Of a stretch of 64,000 bases of DNA, positions 11,701-25,276 are shown one piece after another; within the stretch, counting starts at the first letter, position 1; each line of letters starts with the position of its first letter. Source of the DNA: Azolla caroliniana. Its lineage: Eukaryota > Plantae > Polypodiophyta. Below the pieces are notes generated by a model that saw nothing but the letters and a program-made list of their open reading frames with translations, did not search any database and was not told the origin of the DNA. The translations under genes were made by a program, and so were the position numbers. The stretch is taken from positions 1,550,001 to 1,614,000 of the forward strand of contig JBHGNT010000016.1 in the NCBI GenBank assembly GCA_043228905.1, written 5' to 3'.

Positions 11701-14700
11701 GAGAAAGAGATTGTTGACTAGACAAATTGTCATTTCTTTTACAAAATTTAAAATTTATCCACCCCATCACACTCCATTTTGTTTTCCATCATCTTTATGA
11801 ACTTCATCACTTCATTTGAAGAATGTGGTTACTTTTAGACTTTGAGCAAATAGATTAATATGTTTCTCTAAGAAAAAAGCGTATCATTATAATTAGAAAT
11901 TTACAAAGTATCCACGAAACATTTCCAGGAAAGATTCTTTTAATTTGCATGGGAACAATATGCTCAGAAAAAATGATCATCCCTGTCACCTCCACCAATG
12001 TAAATATAGTGTTCCCTTCCAGTGTAGCATAGTACAGTTTGTCACCATCACTTAAAAAGAAATAGAACATTAATATTTCAGCAGCAACACTGGAATTCAT
12101 TCATCTGTGATAAGTACCCAGAGCACCATCAGATGCATTTATTTCAGAATTTTCTTTTCTTCCTTCTCCATATAAGAGCATAGAAATCAGTCAGTTACTA
12201 TGATAATTGGAATAGGTGTTAAAGATTAAAAGATCATACAATAACAGCAAGTTATCCGTTTGTGCAGATGGTTTTTCCTTACGCCCATGAATGTCATCAC
12301 TACCCTTTATGTACCTCTGATATCTTTCTCCTGATCCTTATAATTGTACAAGGATTTTATATGATGCTGTCTCCCCAATATTCTCTTACTGATTTTTAAC
12401 TTTTTTGGTGACTTGCTTCATTCAATAAACGTCTACTCTCTTGAGAGTTAGAATCCAATCAAAACATTAGGATTGCATTAACATACTTGAGTCACCAGAA
12501 GATCCTCCAGCAATATACCAATTGTCGCAAAAAAGCACACTGGCACAACCTGCCCGGGGACTGGGAGAAGCTCCCCTTGTCTTCAATCGAGACCATTCCA
12601 TCTAAAAAGAGCCATAAAAGCAGAAGAAAAAATTGGTGCAGTTTCTGAGTTGAAAACAGTAAAATAAAGATCTATTCTCACTCAAACTATTGGTCTATAA
12701 AGACCACAATTCTTACACTTTCAAAATCAAGAGCATAAAGGTCATTCAGAAATTTGGATTTTGATGCCCCACCAAACACAAGTAACAGACGGTCATCGTA
12801 TATTGCAGCAACATGTTTAGACCTTGGTGAGGGAACAGACCCCCTGCATGATATAAACATACTCGTGATTTCTTCTCAACCAAACATATAGTTCTAGAAA
12901 CGGTATATGCAACCAGTGCGTAGGAACAAAAAAGCTTACATTGCAAGTAAAGGCAACCACATTGATGACTTGAGATCAAACATATGAAGCTCATTTAATT
13001 TCCTGCCTTTCATATCTTCACCACCAAAAAGAATAAGTACAGATCCTGCCCTTGTGACACTATGGTTGGTTCGTGCTACCTACAGATGAAATTTTATGAG
13101 CAGCAAATAAAAGAGGATTAAAATACATGATAGCTTACTCATCAATATGCATTGTTGTAGAATACTTAGCATATATTACACGTAAAATATGTATGCTAAG
13201 TATTCTAAAAATATTCTACCCTTTTTCTTAAATACTTAGAATACATATTCTAAAGATAAAATGCGTTGAATATGTAGAATATGTGTAAAATACATTAAAT
13301 ACTTTTTAAAGTTTTAAAAAAATTTAATTTTTTTGGAGCTTTTTGCAAATGTTTAATACGTCGAATACTTAGTATACGTGAAATATTAGAAAATGGCAGT
13401 TCCAAAACGTAGAATACATGTAGAAAGTATTCTAAAACATACTCATGTTTATTAACAACTATGTCAATATGTAAAAAAGATTGATTTGAATCATTGGGAA
13501 ATTTAAATGTGATTACCGGGATTTCACCTTTGGCTTCAATCAAAGACCAGTTCTCCTTTTCCATATCAAATGACCAAACTGAAAAGATTCATGTTGTAGA
13601 ATAATCAAACATTCAAGCAATTATAATACTGCAAGAAATTAAAAATGAATGTCATTTAAACCTGTCACAGTCTCCATAGGTGGATCTGTTTCCCCAGTCA
13701 CTAGCAAGATCTTTTGTCCCCAAGCAATCTACAAAGAGAACAAATATTATGTCTTAAATTATATTTCATAATAAATCAGCACCTGATGGACAAAAAGATT
13801 ATGTAACAGATAAGTTCCTTCCACATGCTAAAGGTCATAAATTTACCAAACAATGACCTCTGCATACTGGAAGTTGTTGAGCTCCCTTTGTTTTGGCATT
13901 GAGAGAAGATTGAACTCCAAGCCCCGACCAACAAAGCTTTCCCAAGTGCAATTGCTATACAGAAAGTAGAGTTAACATAATTTGTAAATTGTAATGTTGA
14001 GATAAATAATATGCATATACTTCATGTTTTATGAAAGACATAATGAATACCCTAAAATACCTGAACATCATTCAGCATTCCATAGTCAGAATCACCCCCA
14101 ACAACTACCATCTTTCTTCCAATGACAGCTGCTGAATGCTGATACAAGATGGTTAGCAGCAAATTCCTCAGCTTACAAACTTGACTTATATCAGAAAAGT
14201 TGAAGATGGCTACTTGTATATATTTCATGATTTTATTGCACATCCTAAAGCAATGAGGATACTCTTCTTTGTTAGAATAGGCTTCTTCTATTTCAATTTA
14301 CTTTATTTTGGAAATTGATCACAGCTTTTGACCCAAAGTTGCATAACACTTATTCTAATGCATACCATAAGAAAACAATGAATAGGTAGGTGAAGAGAAC
14401 ACAGAAGAAGGAAGCAATGGTGAACGTGGAGGGAGCAACACAACTATACATTATCTAGGACATATAATGATGATGTTATATACTAGCATCCATGGGGCCC
14501 AACATTTACAAGTGTGCAAAGATATGCATAACATATATAAGCACTATGCAACTGATGAGAAGAGTGTATTCTGAACCAATCTGATGGAAAGACACCAATT
14601 TATGAAGAAGAATGAAGTCGCTTTTTGTAATATTGATAATAAGTAGAACCTCACAAGCTAAGTCCTGATCCAAAAGATTGCTTTTATACATCATATAAAG

Positions 14701-16480
14701 ACTTATGTTGCTGCTAATTATTGCTAACAGATCACAAGGTTACCTTTTATAGAAATTCTAAATTTGATATAGAAGCGTGCTCCTGTAACAGTGAAATTTG
14801 TTTTTTTGCAACATTAAGGTTGTGAGGCCAAGCCTGAAGCAATGGATTTTATGTTTCTTTCATTATTAGAGCTCTTCAATATTTGAGTTCAAGATCATGC
14901 CTGACCAAATTACACCTCAAATTTGTTTCACAATGTCAGGCATTGACATGTAATGTGGCAGAAGGTGAAAATGACAGATTTTCTTTTAAACAGAAATGGA
15001 AAAGTACTGGATGAAGCATGTAATGTGTATGTTGTATTCAAAAAGAAATTTTGGGTGGCCACTGAGTAAAATCTGTCATACTATAGTTCTACATGCGAGA
15101 ATCATAATTATTCCAAAACCCTGGCATCACTACAACCAGACCAAAGTCTCGTATGTGTATCATAAGTTTATATGTGCTGATCTACATGTGGGCGTATATG
15201 TGACACACAAGTGTTAAGGTATCCTCTCACATTCTGTGTACATCTACATAGAAATCAATGTATGAATCATCCACAGGTCTCAAGTATTTAAGAATGTTAA
15301 AGTTTTATGTTCACTTATATTTAGATGATTTGTTCGTTGTATATTCATATCTTTATAGTGGTGTACATACATAATAACGAGCTTGCGGTACATTGCCAGA
15401 GGTAGAAACAGATATCCAATCAAGTTTTTCCTGAAGAGAACCAGTCTTCCTATCTACACCACCAAGCTTTTTGTCATGACCTCCTTGGTTCTCATTAGTG
15501 TGTTCCATGCCTTCATGGCTATCTGGTAATAGTGTGTTACCCAAGATTACATCTTCACCCTGAACACAACAATGGTATATTATATGCATCAGTATTTTCA
15601 CTCGTAAAACCAAAATTATAATTGAATCAATTTACTATTACGGTTCATTGTCTGTTTGGTTATTTGAAAAAACAATACGATTGTATACATATCAATATAT
15701 TTGCTTATAAACCTAGCATAACAAGACATCTTTATATACAATGAAAGTTTGCTAACCTTTTATATAATGAAACCCTATGTGATCAAAGTGTGTATCGACT
15801 ATGAGTGGCCAAACATCCGCCCACTTGTTAGTCTCTGTTTTTGCTAGACTCGTTGTGCATATTTCCTTTCCTCTGAAAGCCTATGTTATGTCTAGATCAA
15901 AGTGTGTTTAGACTGTGGGTGGCCAAACATCCGCCCTGGCTCTAGTCTTAATTTGACTCATTATGCATATTCGCTTCCACATTTGTTACAACAAGAATTC
16001 ATGATAGTGAAACATAAGTTGAGGACAAAGATATGCCTAGGCAATGGCCATCCATTAACTAATTGGACCTACCTCTATCATTTGTTTGCTTCATAGTGAG
16101 TACTTCCAAATATAATAGCAAGAATTCATGGCAATGAAGCCTAAACTAGGAATAGATTATGAGGCTAAAAAAAGTACAAACCAACATTGCAAATCCATCG
16201 TCTCACATCAAAAAATAAGAAATGTGTATAAAACTAGCGAAAATTCGTGATAATGCAGTGCATTTTCTAAGCATAAATTATCATGACAGTAAGAAATTAG
16301 AAATGAAAGTTGCAAATTTTCATCATCGCATACACAAACAGCGCAAAAAATGGTGTAAAACAGGATGATATAGAATGGATTGAAGTAAGAAGGAAGGTTC
16401 AGACAAAATACATGAATGCAATAACTCACCTGAGTGGAAGCATGAGACTTGTTAGAAACAGGGGAGGTAGTAGCTGCCAT
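8749..16480 (-). CDS. Kelch-repeat (galactose oxidase/kelch) protein with C-terminal coiled coil, ACBP4/5-like but without an acyl-CoA-binding domain
   Basis: Approximate exons: 16480-16430, 15559-15371, 14138-14061, 13954-13847, 13728-13662, 13578-13517, 13079-12942, 12843-12718, 12601-12487, 11596-11508, 10559-10476, 10391-10299, 10214-10080, 9985-9488, 9402-9343, 8808-8749. Kelch motifs: ARYYHSAAVIGRKMVVVGG, ARTNHSVTRAGSVLILFGGED, PSPRSKHVAAIYDDRLLLVFGG, PSPRAGCAS..WYIAGG. The C-terminus NIVHAENLRLDHDLTFLKAVLEDTQRELLTTRGVLSEERTRSFQLQVELFELKQ is typical of this plant family. Confidence 0.9.
10880..10911. repeat. Perfect 32-bp palindrome in an intron
   Basis: tgtgaaaccagaatatatattctggtttcaca is its own reverse complement. 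Confidence 0.9.
10985..11323 (-). mobile_element. LTR-like remnant in a kelch gene intron
   Basis: The minus strand begins TGTAAG after a purine-rich aagggtat, ends TTAACA, and contains TATAAAA. No TSD found. Confidence 0.35.
13128..13447. mobile_element. AT-rich MITE-like/foldback repeat in a kelch gene intron
   Basis: Repeated agaatac/gtattct motifs in both orientations, and a hairpin agaatacttagcata...tatgctaagtattct at ~13160-13206. Confidence 0.45.
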
Positions 16481-18677
16481 GAGCAATGATTAGAAAAGTA
16501 ATAAATCCTCACAGAATACTATCTGTTCGTTGATATCCATAGACATTGGTTTTGAAAGAAAGGAAACAGAAGGTTTTCTGGAGAGGAGGAAGAAGACAAG
16601 ATCGATCCTTCGAGCTGACAACACTAGACTGTCAGAGAGAGAGAGAGGGAGGAAGACAGAGACAGAAAGAAGACAGAGAGTTTTCTATTTCCAAATATAC
16701 CCCTGATGCTTGAGGAAATTACAAATATGCCCCTGACATAATTTCTTCATAAAAACATTATGTTACAACTTACATGTATATGAAGTGAGAAAATCTCTAT
16801 CATTTATCTCTCTCCTTCTTTGGCTGATGCTCGTGGGCCATCCAAAACCCTTCTTCAATCTCAGAAACATCCACTTGTCCCCTTGGTCCCAAAAAAAGTA
16901 AAGAGGCTCACCTGATTAATATAAATATATGTATAGTCGATGACGTTATTGCACAAGTTTGTCCACTCTTGTCAATTGTTGTGTTGAGTAACAAGATTTA
17001 CACGGATCATCCTGGCCATATCACCTCGATGATTTGCATGTCGCTATTGTATGACGTGTCCTTATCAAACTAATCACATTGATCAGTACGAGGTTATGTT
17101 AGCTTATGCGTAATTGTCGATCCATATATATTTCGGCAACGTTGAATATTGCTCGTTAACTAGTTATGTGAAAACTATAACATCCAATAGAGTATGCACA
17201 TAAATAGACTTGTTGATACTTAATGATTCGTGTATACTCGATTAATGATGGTCGTCTTTGCTTTAATGACTTTATTTAGAAGTTAAATTTTAACAAATGC
17301 TTTTGAGTGACATTTTTCAAATGATATTGCCCTGATACAAGAGGGTAGATCTGAAACTTTAGTTTTGGAAAGTTGTGCTTATGGTTCTTATACGTACAAA
17401 ACCAAGCTTAATCTTCTTCGAGTTTATGTTTATATGCTTGACCAAAAAGTGATTCCCTAATCTCGTGACAAAGATATTTGTGATTTACTTATTGTTCAAC
17501 CTCATTGTGAGATTTGAATATGAGAAAAGCATCACATCAATTTATCGGTGAACCGTGCTAGAGTGCACCATGTTGTCTTTTGGTTCAGCACATTGCACAA
17601 TGATAGTTAAACTCTATGAAAACACTTTTTGAGGCCAAAGATTATTGATTGGTATTTAGAAGTAACCGTCACCCTCACGGAAATTGAAAATTTTGCCCCA
17701 ATTGTTTGTTTAAATTCCTTGAAAGCCTCAAAGTGCGTTAAGAGATAGAAAGTAAATGTCCACGATATTCAATTCAAACAATTCCTCAAGGAGGCATTTT
17801 GTCTTGTGAATATGAATGTCTTCTTTTGTCCATGATAAAGGAAGGAGGAACACATGTTTACCTTGGTAGTCCACATTTGGCAACTTTGAACTCTTTACAA
17901 AATTCCAAAAATTGACATATTATTTGGGTCCTCTCTCTTTGAGAGGTAAATCAAAAATTTACGATCAATGGATCAAATCAACTATTTGTTTTCTTGGGTT
18001 GAATCCCAAGATATTAAAGTTTGTTATTAGCCGGTTGTTGACTAGATAGAATATGTTAGAAGACATTTGTCATTAATACAACAATAACTATTACACGACA
18101 TTGATTGCAAGGTAGCTATTGACATTGAGAACAATTCTTAATCTCATAGGAATTGATAACAAAAGGATGTGTTGATATAGAACTGTGTAAAATCTCCACG
18201 CATTGGGTTCGAGTTTTTTATTTATTACTTTAAACTATGAATTCCAAAAGGTTAGCTTTTGGAGTATATTCTCACTCCCTTTTCCTTCTTCAAGACTAAG
18301 AAGAGTACAAACTAGCAATACAACGATTGCCCATTAAACAGACTCTCCTCCATTACAAGTTACAACCCCCAAACAAACAAGGTGGCCAACAATGTTGTCC
18401 CTCATCTCTTATGTTGTATTCTTCCGCCCATTATGTGAGTTTATGTTCAATGTATTGTTTCGAAGTTAAGCATATAATATCCCAACAAAAACAAGGGATT
18501 ATTGGTGACTTTATTTCTATTCCCTCCATTCTATGTGTCTTGATGTAGTTATTCTACCAAGCTTATGGAAAGTAACGTTGTGTTATTGCCTAATTAATTT
18601 ATGTGATGGTCATCCATTTCAACGAGTTTGAGCATTGGCAATGTATCTACCATTTTGAAGCTTTTTCACATTCTTAG

Positions 18678-19015
18678 TTTTTTTTTTCCAAAATAAAGCT
18701 ACTTTCCCATTAGTTAGGAAGGATTATTACAAGGAGACTATACAAGGAAGCTTATACACAAAACGGGGAATCTCCCTCAGATCAAGATCAAGAAAATGAG
18801 ACTACTTACATAGTTTTTCAAACCGACTACCTAAAGTAAGTAGATACCTATACCTAAAAGCAGTGGCCTTTAGTGTCGGCAAGAATGAGCCGACTCCTGG
18901 GGCCTACATCGAAGGGAGGGAGGCGTGAAAGAAGGAAACAACCATCGTGGGGGCTGGTAGTTCCACCTCGGTCCACTTTCTCCTAGCGTCACCATAGGTG
19001 TGTTCCGCCATTATA
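18678..19015 (-). mobile_element. 5'-truncated LINE 3' end, related to the 21-27 kb LINE
   Basis: The minus strand encodes PRWNYQPPRWLFP (compare AKWNYQPPRWF at ~25140). It ends ctaatgggaaagtagctttattttggaaaaaaaaa with a poly-A. Confidence 0.7.
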
Positions 19016-20392
19016 CATGAAAGTTGTGCATTCCATGCAACATGTTGGTTGTGTATCTTCTGTCCTTTTATGCGTAATTGTTCCACATAGTTCATGCTTA
19101 GACATTCCCTCACCATTACCCACAAGCACCTTATTAATGATTCTCTTTGGAATCCATCAATTTCTGGAAAATATATTGCATGAACATTTTGTAATATCAT
19201 GCATTGGTGCTCTTCAAACCAATCTTGTCCTAAGATGTGAAATTATTTTAAGTCCTAGGTTATTACATACTACATTGTCGATGGTGTCTATGTGGTTGAA
19301 TCAATGAGATTTGGTCCGGACTAAGTGGATGAGATACATGTGATCCTTTGTCCATTTGTTCCTTGTTGCTCTTTCTCACATACTCTACACTAAGGTTGAA
19401 ACAAGACATGATCAACCATTCCTCATTACAACACATCATGATCTCTAGTGACAAACTTCTATTTAACCAAGTTCTTGTTTGAGCCTTGAGGCATTGTTTG
19501 TGTCTCAATTTAGTTCCCAATCATCCTCAAGGTAACGATCTAGAAGCATTGCTTCAAGTTTGATCTTAACTAATTGATCATCCATGATTGAACTCCCTTC
19601 TTACTCATGCTTTTTTTTTTTACTTTTTTTTTCTAAACAAGATATCCTTCCATAGTTTAAAAAAGCATGTCTGCTACAAAATACAACCAATAGCTCAACG
19701 TTGCTGCCTCCAGCAACACCTTTGTTACAAAAGACTTCAAAAGCTTCTTACTCATGCACTTTGTGGGTGTAGACATTAATATAGTAGGTCTTTTCGATAA
19801 AAAATATCCTCCATTGATATTAAAATTAAAGTGGCCAGCAGGAATATAGAAATAGTATATAATATATGCCATCTCAACAATTACAGATCATCAGAGAAAA
19901 AGGACCAAAGATAAGTAATGTCAAAATCATTATCTCAGAGAGAAATTTGCCCACAAACAAACCAAATTTTTGAAATCGATTACTTATGCATCTATGGTTC
20001 TCTTTTGTGTGTGTGTTTTGCCTTTAGAATATGCATACTCCATGGTTGTGTATTCTCCAAAATTTCCATTCCTCACTTCTATCATCAGTTAGTACCTTCA
20101 AGACTGTAGTAGGTCTTACTATGTTTTGGCATACATATATATTACACCACATCCAAATTTCATTAGCAACCAATTGACCCTTAAGAAAGGTCATTGTAAC
20201 AAAGAATCATAAGCCACTTGGTTGATTGACCTTGAGATGACGAAGGTAAAGTAGAAATCAACCCCACAAACCTCAAACTTATGGTCAATTATTGACCCCC
20301 TCATGTCTTTGGATAAACCCATCCATCATTCTTAGTTTTACCTCAAACGCAACCCGTTTAGGGTTTCCCTGCTCTTGCAAACAATCATGGTT

Positions 20393-20760
20393 GATGATGT
20401 TGACTGACTACCATGTTATAGGGCTATACTAATCATGATAAGAATGAGGATGCTATACAACTCTATCTTCAAATGCTTATGCAAGGCCTCTTACCTAATA
20501 AGATGACATTTTCTGGTATGTTGAAAGCATGTGGCAACATGAGAGAGATACCGAACGGGAACAACTTCCATGCTCAAATGTCCTGGCAGAACATGGAGGT
20601 CATAGAAACAAGTGCTCTTATTGAGATGTATGCAAAGTGTGGAAGTATGCTTGAAGCTCAACAAGTCTTTGCTATAAGACAAGCAAGAAGACTTATTGAA
20701 TAGGCTAGGTTAATTTCGGGATATGCTCGAAATGGAGAAAGTGTACAAAAAACATTTGGC
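20393..20760 (+). pseudogene. Degenerate PLS-class pentatricopeptide repeat (PPR) gene fragment
   Basis: EDAIQLYLQMLMQGLLPNKMTFSGMLKACG...SALIEMYAKCGSMLEAQQVF and LISGYARNG are hallmark PLS-PPR motifs. The region is flanked by stops and has only ~3 repeats. Confidence 0.8.
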
Positions 20761-22813
20761 ACAATTATGGTTTCAAATATTGTCAAATTCTATAAATACG
20801 TGGGACTTACCAAAAATAGAATTGACTTTTACAAGAATGGTTCTAATTCATCATTTTCCTAGAAAGTATCTACAAGCAAGATCTGGATCGACTACGAACA
20901 ACAAGAGACTCCTGCGATAAGATCTTATTCGAATCCGAGGGGGGTCTCATATAATGCACTCAAAAGATGCTATAGAGACCATGGATATGCCGAGGAGGTG
21001 TTGTATTAGTTTTGAACAGATGCAAGACAATATATGTATATTGTTTACTTTAATTTTAATACCAATGGAGGAAATTTTTTATGGGAAAAAAAACATTTTT
21101 ACGAACTTATTTATTAGCTTAATGTTTAACGCAACAAACAGTCACATTGTATTGTAGAGAATCTCTTTTAAATGAATCATATGATCAATTTGTATGATTT
21201 ATGGTCATGTTTGACTAGGATTATCTATGACAAACCATTATCCTTAAGTTGACGGCCTTCCCAAAGCCTTCTTCAAGGAGTTTTGGGAGCAAATTTTTCC
21301 AAGCTTGGAAACTGGATTGCAGGAGATGTGGAGAACGGGAAGGATGTCGAGCAGCTTCAATGAAGGCTTGATTTACCTGATTCCTAAATCGGAGATTGCG
21401 TTGTACGAGATTCGACAATGGAGGCCCATTACAAATTTAAATCTAATTTATAAAAAATTTGCTAACGTACTAGTGCAGAGAATCAAGCCATTTCTAGGAG
21501 ATATCATCTAGACCAATCAAACCGGTTCCATGGAGCATTGATCTATTATGGTCAACGTGATATTGTTTTGGGAGGTTGTTGCAACAACGAGGTAGACAAT
21601 CAAAACTTAACATGTCTAATGCTCGACTTCGAGAAAGCCTATGATCGAGTGCAATGGTCTTTCTTTGAAGAAATGATGAAGGTTATTGAGCTACCATGGG
21701 AATGGAGGTGTGTTGCCCAAGCCTTATATAGGAATGGCTCGAGTAAGGTGTCGATTGCAGGGAGGAAAGGAGCTCAAATCTCTCTAACTAGATCCATCAG
21801 ACAGGGTTGTCCTCTCGCCCCCTTTCTGTTCCTCTTTATTACTGAATCAATGTCTGCCTTTTTTAATAGTAAGGGGGAAAATCTACATGGTCTTTCTATC
21901 CCTAACTCAAGGAAGTCCATGATGGACTCAAAGTTCGCGGACGATACGGTGTTGTACCTCCAAGGCAATGTAGCGAATCTTGAGAGGGCATAGATTGCTA
22001 TCAATCTCTTTTGCAAAGCATCGGGAGCCTCTATCAATTGGAATAAGTCCAAGGGTTTCTGGATTAGCTCGGAGTCAAAGCCGGTATGGAAGCCAAATGT
22101 TGAATTCAAATGGATTGTAAAAGGGGAAACCACTAGATATCCGGAAACGTGGATTAGTGTAGATATCGACAAAGGAATTCAGTTGCAACAAATTCAAAGT
22201 AAAATTTGTGACAAAATATGCAATTGGTTAGGGATGAACTTATCATTGGCTAGCAAGATCATAATAGCTAACCATGTGCTCTTGTCTACGTTATGACATG
22301 CAGTTTCAATGTGGATGTTTGACAAGCAAGCCATTCGTACTATTAAAGTGTGTATTAGGGGATTACTATGGGTTGGGATTAGGAAAGACAACGTGGCAGC
22401 CAAAGTATCATGGTCTACGTTGGTTCTTCCCAAGAGTAAGGGGGGTCTTGGATTGATTGACACTAGATTGCAGAGTCAAGCATTGCTATGTAAGGTATTG
22501 GTAAGGAGCTTGCTACCCAGTAACGAGTTGTGGAAAACATTGATACATAATAGGGGCATTCTCTAGAGTCCAAGACTAGGTGGGCAATGGAAGCCACATA
22601 AATCATGGTTTTTTTGTATGGACTTAGTTGACGAAATCTAATTGGTTGGCTGATCGTACATGTATGTCAGTGATGAAGGCGTGGAGGAGTATGCTTTATG
22701 GGCATCTAAGTCAGATTCGTCAAAGTACTAATGTTGAATGGATGCGCCAACCCCTATTGTGGAACGAGACCTTAAAATCGTCAGAGGGAAAAATGCTTGG
22801 ACAGAGTAAGCGT

Positions 22814-23949
22814 TGTCGTGAAGATTTTTGGCAATGGTGTGAAAATTGCGAGGAATGTCCAAAATCTAGTGTGGCTCTTCACACAAGACAGGGAACAATG
22901 ATAGTGAAGATACTATTTTAGATTAGCTTAATATCTTGGTACGGGAATATGGAGGTCTTCAAGAGCTTCCGAATGTACTTTACTACATTTGAAACGAACA
23001 AATAAATGTCAAGTTATGCGAATGTGAAGTTTGAGAAGAAAAAGAGAAAAACAAAAACTATGAGATATCCCACATAGATAGGACAAATCAGGATCCCAAA
23101 GTATATAAGCAAAGCCAGAACTTATTACTTTTTGTCTGTTCTATGAGTGGACCACAAAATGTTCTTGGGCTAAACTATGGCTTAACTACTCGTAATGGTT
23201 TTGGCGAAACTGGAACCGGACGGACGGGGACGACGATCAAACCGGGACCGGTACCAGCACCGGAACCAAACCAAATAGACCGTATCACCGGGTCGGAAGT
23301 GGACTGGATAGACGGATCGATCGGATAGGTTAATCGCGACGATTTCGGTGTGAAACGAACAAAGTCATCTAGACTAAAAAAACATATTAGAAATTTGTAA
23401 TCAAAGAGATGCAAGCAAGGATTGAACCTTGCACCTCCAAGATTGAAGGCAGTAGACTTACCACTAAGCTAAGTCATTTGCTTTAAAATGTTTTTTCTAT
23501 CATTATACATGTAAATTCTCATATTAGAGCTTGATTGATGGACATGGTTATCATGCATCACATGGAATGCATGAGTGCCAAATGGCAAACATGCATCACA
23601 TGCATTCCATGCATTGTATGCATGTCTTGTAGCCTCACATGCATCATATGCATGGGGGCGTCTATAAAAGAGTGGTTAAAAAAGACAAAAGGGGAGCGAT
23701 GTATTAATCAAGAAATTAAAAGTAAGAAATTCGTTATCCAATTGATGTATCAATCTTGTTCTTCAAATCTAAAGTCAAGAGTTCAATCTTAATCTCTCTC
23801 AATCTAAAGTCAAGTGTTCTATCTTATCTCAATCTCTCTCTCAATCTATCTTAAATACTTTCTCGCTACTACAAACTTCGAATCCTTCCGGTCCAGGACC
23901 CCAACAGTTCCGCATCACGATCCGCACATAGTGATGGATCTTCACGACA
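22814..23949 (+). mobile_element. Solo LTR (~1.14 kb) inserted in the LINE
   Basis: The termini TGTCGTGAAGAT...ATCTTCACGACA are a 12-bp inverted repeat. Flanks (a)gcgt/acgt form an imperfect TSD, and removing the element restores the LINE frame (GQSKR-MPWAIV). It has an internal TATAAAAG and a CT-rich downstream region. Confidence 0.8.
23410..23476 (-). other. tRNA-like Pol III promoter module inside the solo LTR
   Basis: Minus strand GACTTAGCTTAGTGGTAAG...GAGGTGCAAGGTTCAATCCTTGC has box A and box B, and the T-arm GCAAG-GTTCAATC-CTTGC pairs. Acceptor and anticodon stems are not convincing. Confidence 0.55.
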
Positions 23950-25276
23950 ACGTATGCCATGGGCTATAGTGTATTGTATAGGGATTCATTCAGTGGCAGA
24001 TTGGATGTGGTTGTCTGATAAATTATATAAAAATGTGGAAAGTTCAGAAATGGCAGAAAGATGCTTGACCTAGTCAATACAACTGTCTAGTCTGTTCTTA
24101 TCAGTAATGGGGAAGAGGGTGAATGGTATGAACAATGTGATGATACGGGAAAAATGATCAATGTCAGGGGTCTAGGAAAGAATGGGAAGATAGTCCAGTT
24201 GGGATCAATAGATGAAAGTACAAGTTGGTGCCCAATTAGAATTGTGGCACAAGACAACAAGAAATGGAAGGTGAATCCACCAGTCGAGGAGGTTGAGGAG
24301 GACTGGATAATGTACGTGGTTGAAGGCAAGCCACTCGAGTGCTTAGAATGGGATCCTGGTGAATATAAGTGGAAGGGAGAACAAGATAAATCAATAGGTT
24401 TCTTCGAATACTCGACGTGCTTGGGGAGAAAGTTATATTGGCATCGTGAGAAGTGTGCCAACAAATGGGCCCATGTAGTTGTCGATTCGGTCTTCGTGGA
24501 TAGAACCAGGAGCAAGATATGGAACTCATCCCTCCCCAAGCGGGTCAAAGTGTTTTTATGGTTAATCACCCATCAGGTTGTTCCAACGGGAGAGTGGCTT
24601 GGGAAAAGAGGTGGCATGAGTATTTGCAAGGCCTGCAATGCGATCTTGGAGGACATCGCAAATTGTTAGTGGAGCTACGCACGAGCCCAAGAAGTTTGGA
24701 TGAGGAGCTTAAGAATCTTGGCTCAATTCGGGGTTGAGGTTCATGTATCGAGCACAGCAGTCACTTGGTTGGCCATTGAATCGGCTGCATGGTTTGAAGG
24801 GTGGAATGGAAATGGTCCTTGTTTAAAGGTGATGCAAGGAATTGTACAACCAACACAATGAGGTTCATTCTACATGCATGAAGCTACATGGACATATTAT
24901 TATTAATGGTTGGCCTTACGGTTTGGCAAGTGTGGGTATCTAGGTGCAAGGAGACTTTCTCATGTAAGTGAACCCCATCGGTTGAGAGTTTAATGATGAC
25001 CTAGTTTAATCTTATTTCCACGTTACGAGGAGAGTTTGAAAGCCTTCAAGGGCCCTCATACACAAGTGAAGAAGCTAGAGTTTGGTTCCTTCTTAAATGG
25101 AGCGGTTCTCTGATGCTGCAGATGGTGGATGGCAAAGCGAAGTGGAATTATCAACCACCACGATGGTTTCGCCCTCTTAGTGTACCTAACATATAGATGG
25201 GTGTTGCCATGAGAAGAGAGTGGAGGATGTCTATGTTGAATTCGGGTTGTATGAGGCTCACGTGGAGGGTATGCGG

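Noticed and set aside
23410-23476. A functional tRNA gene
   Set aside because: Only box A/B and the T-arm are present, without convincing acceptor or anticodon stems. The same holds for 6455-6520 and ~385-450.
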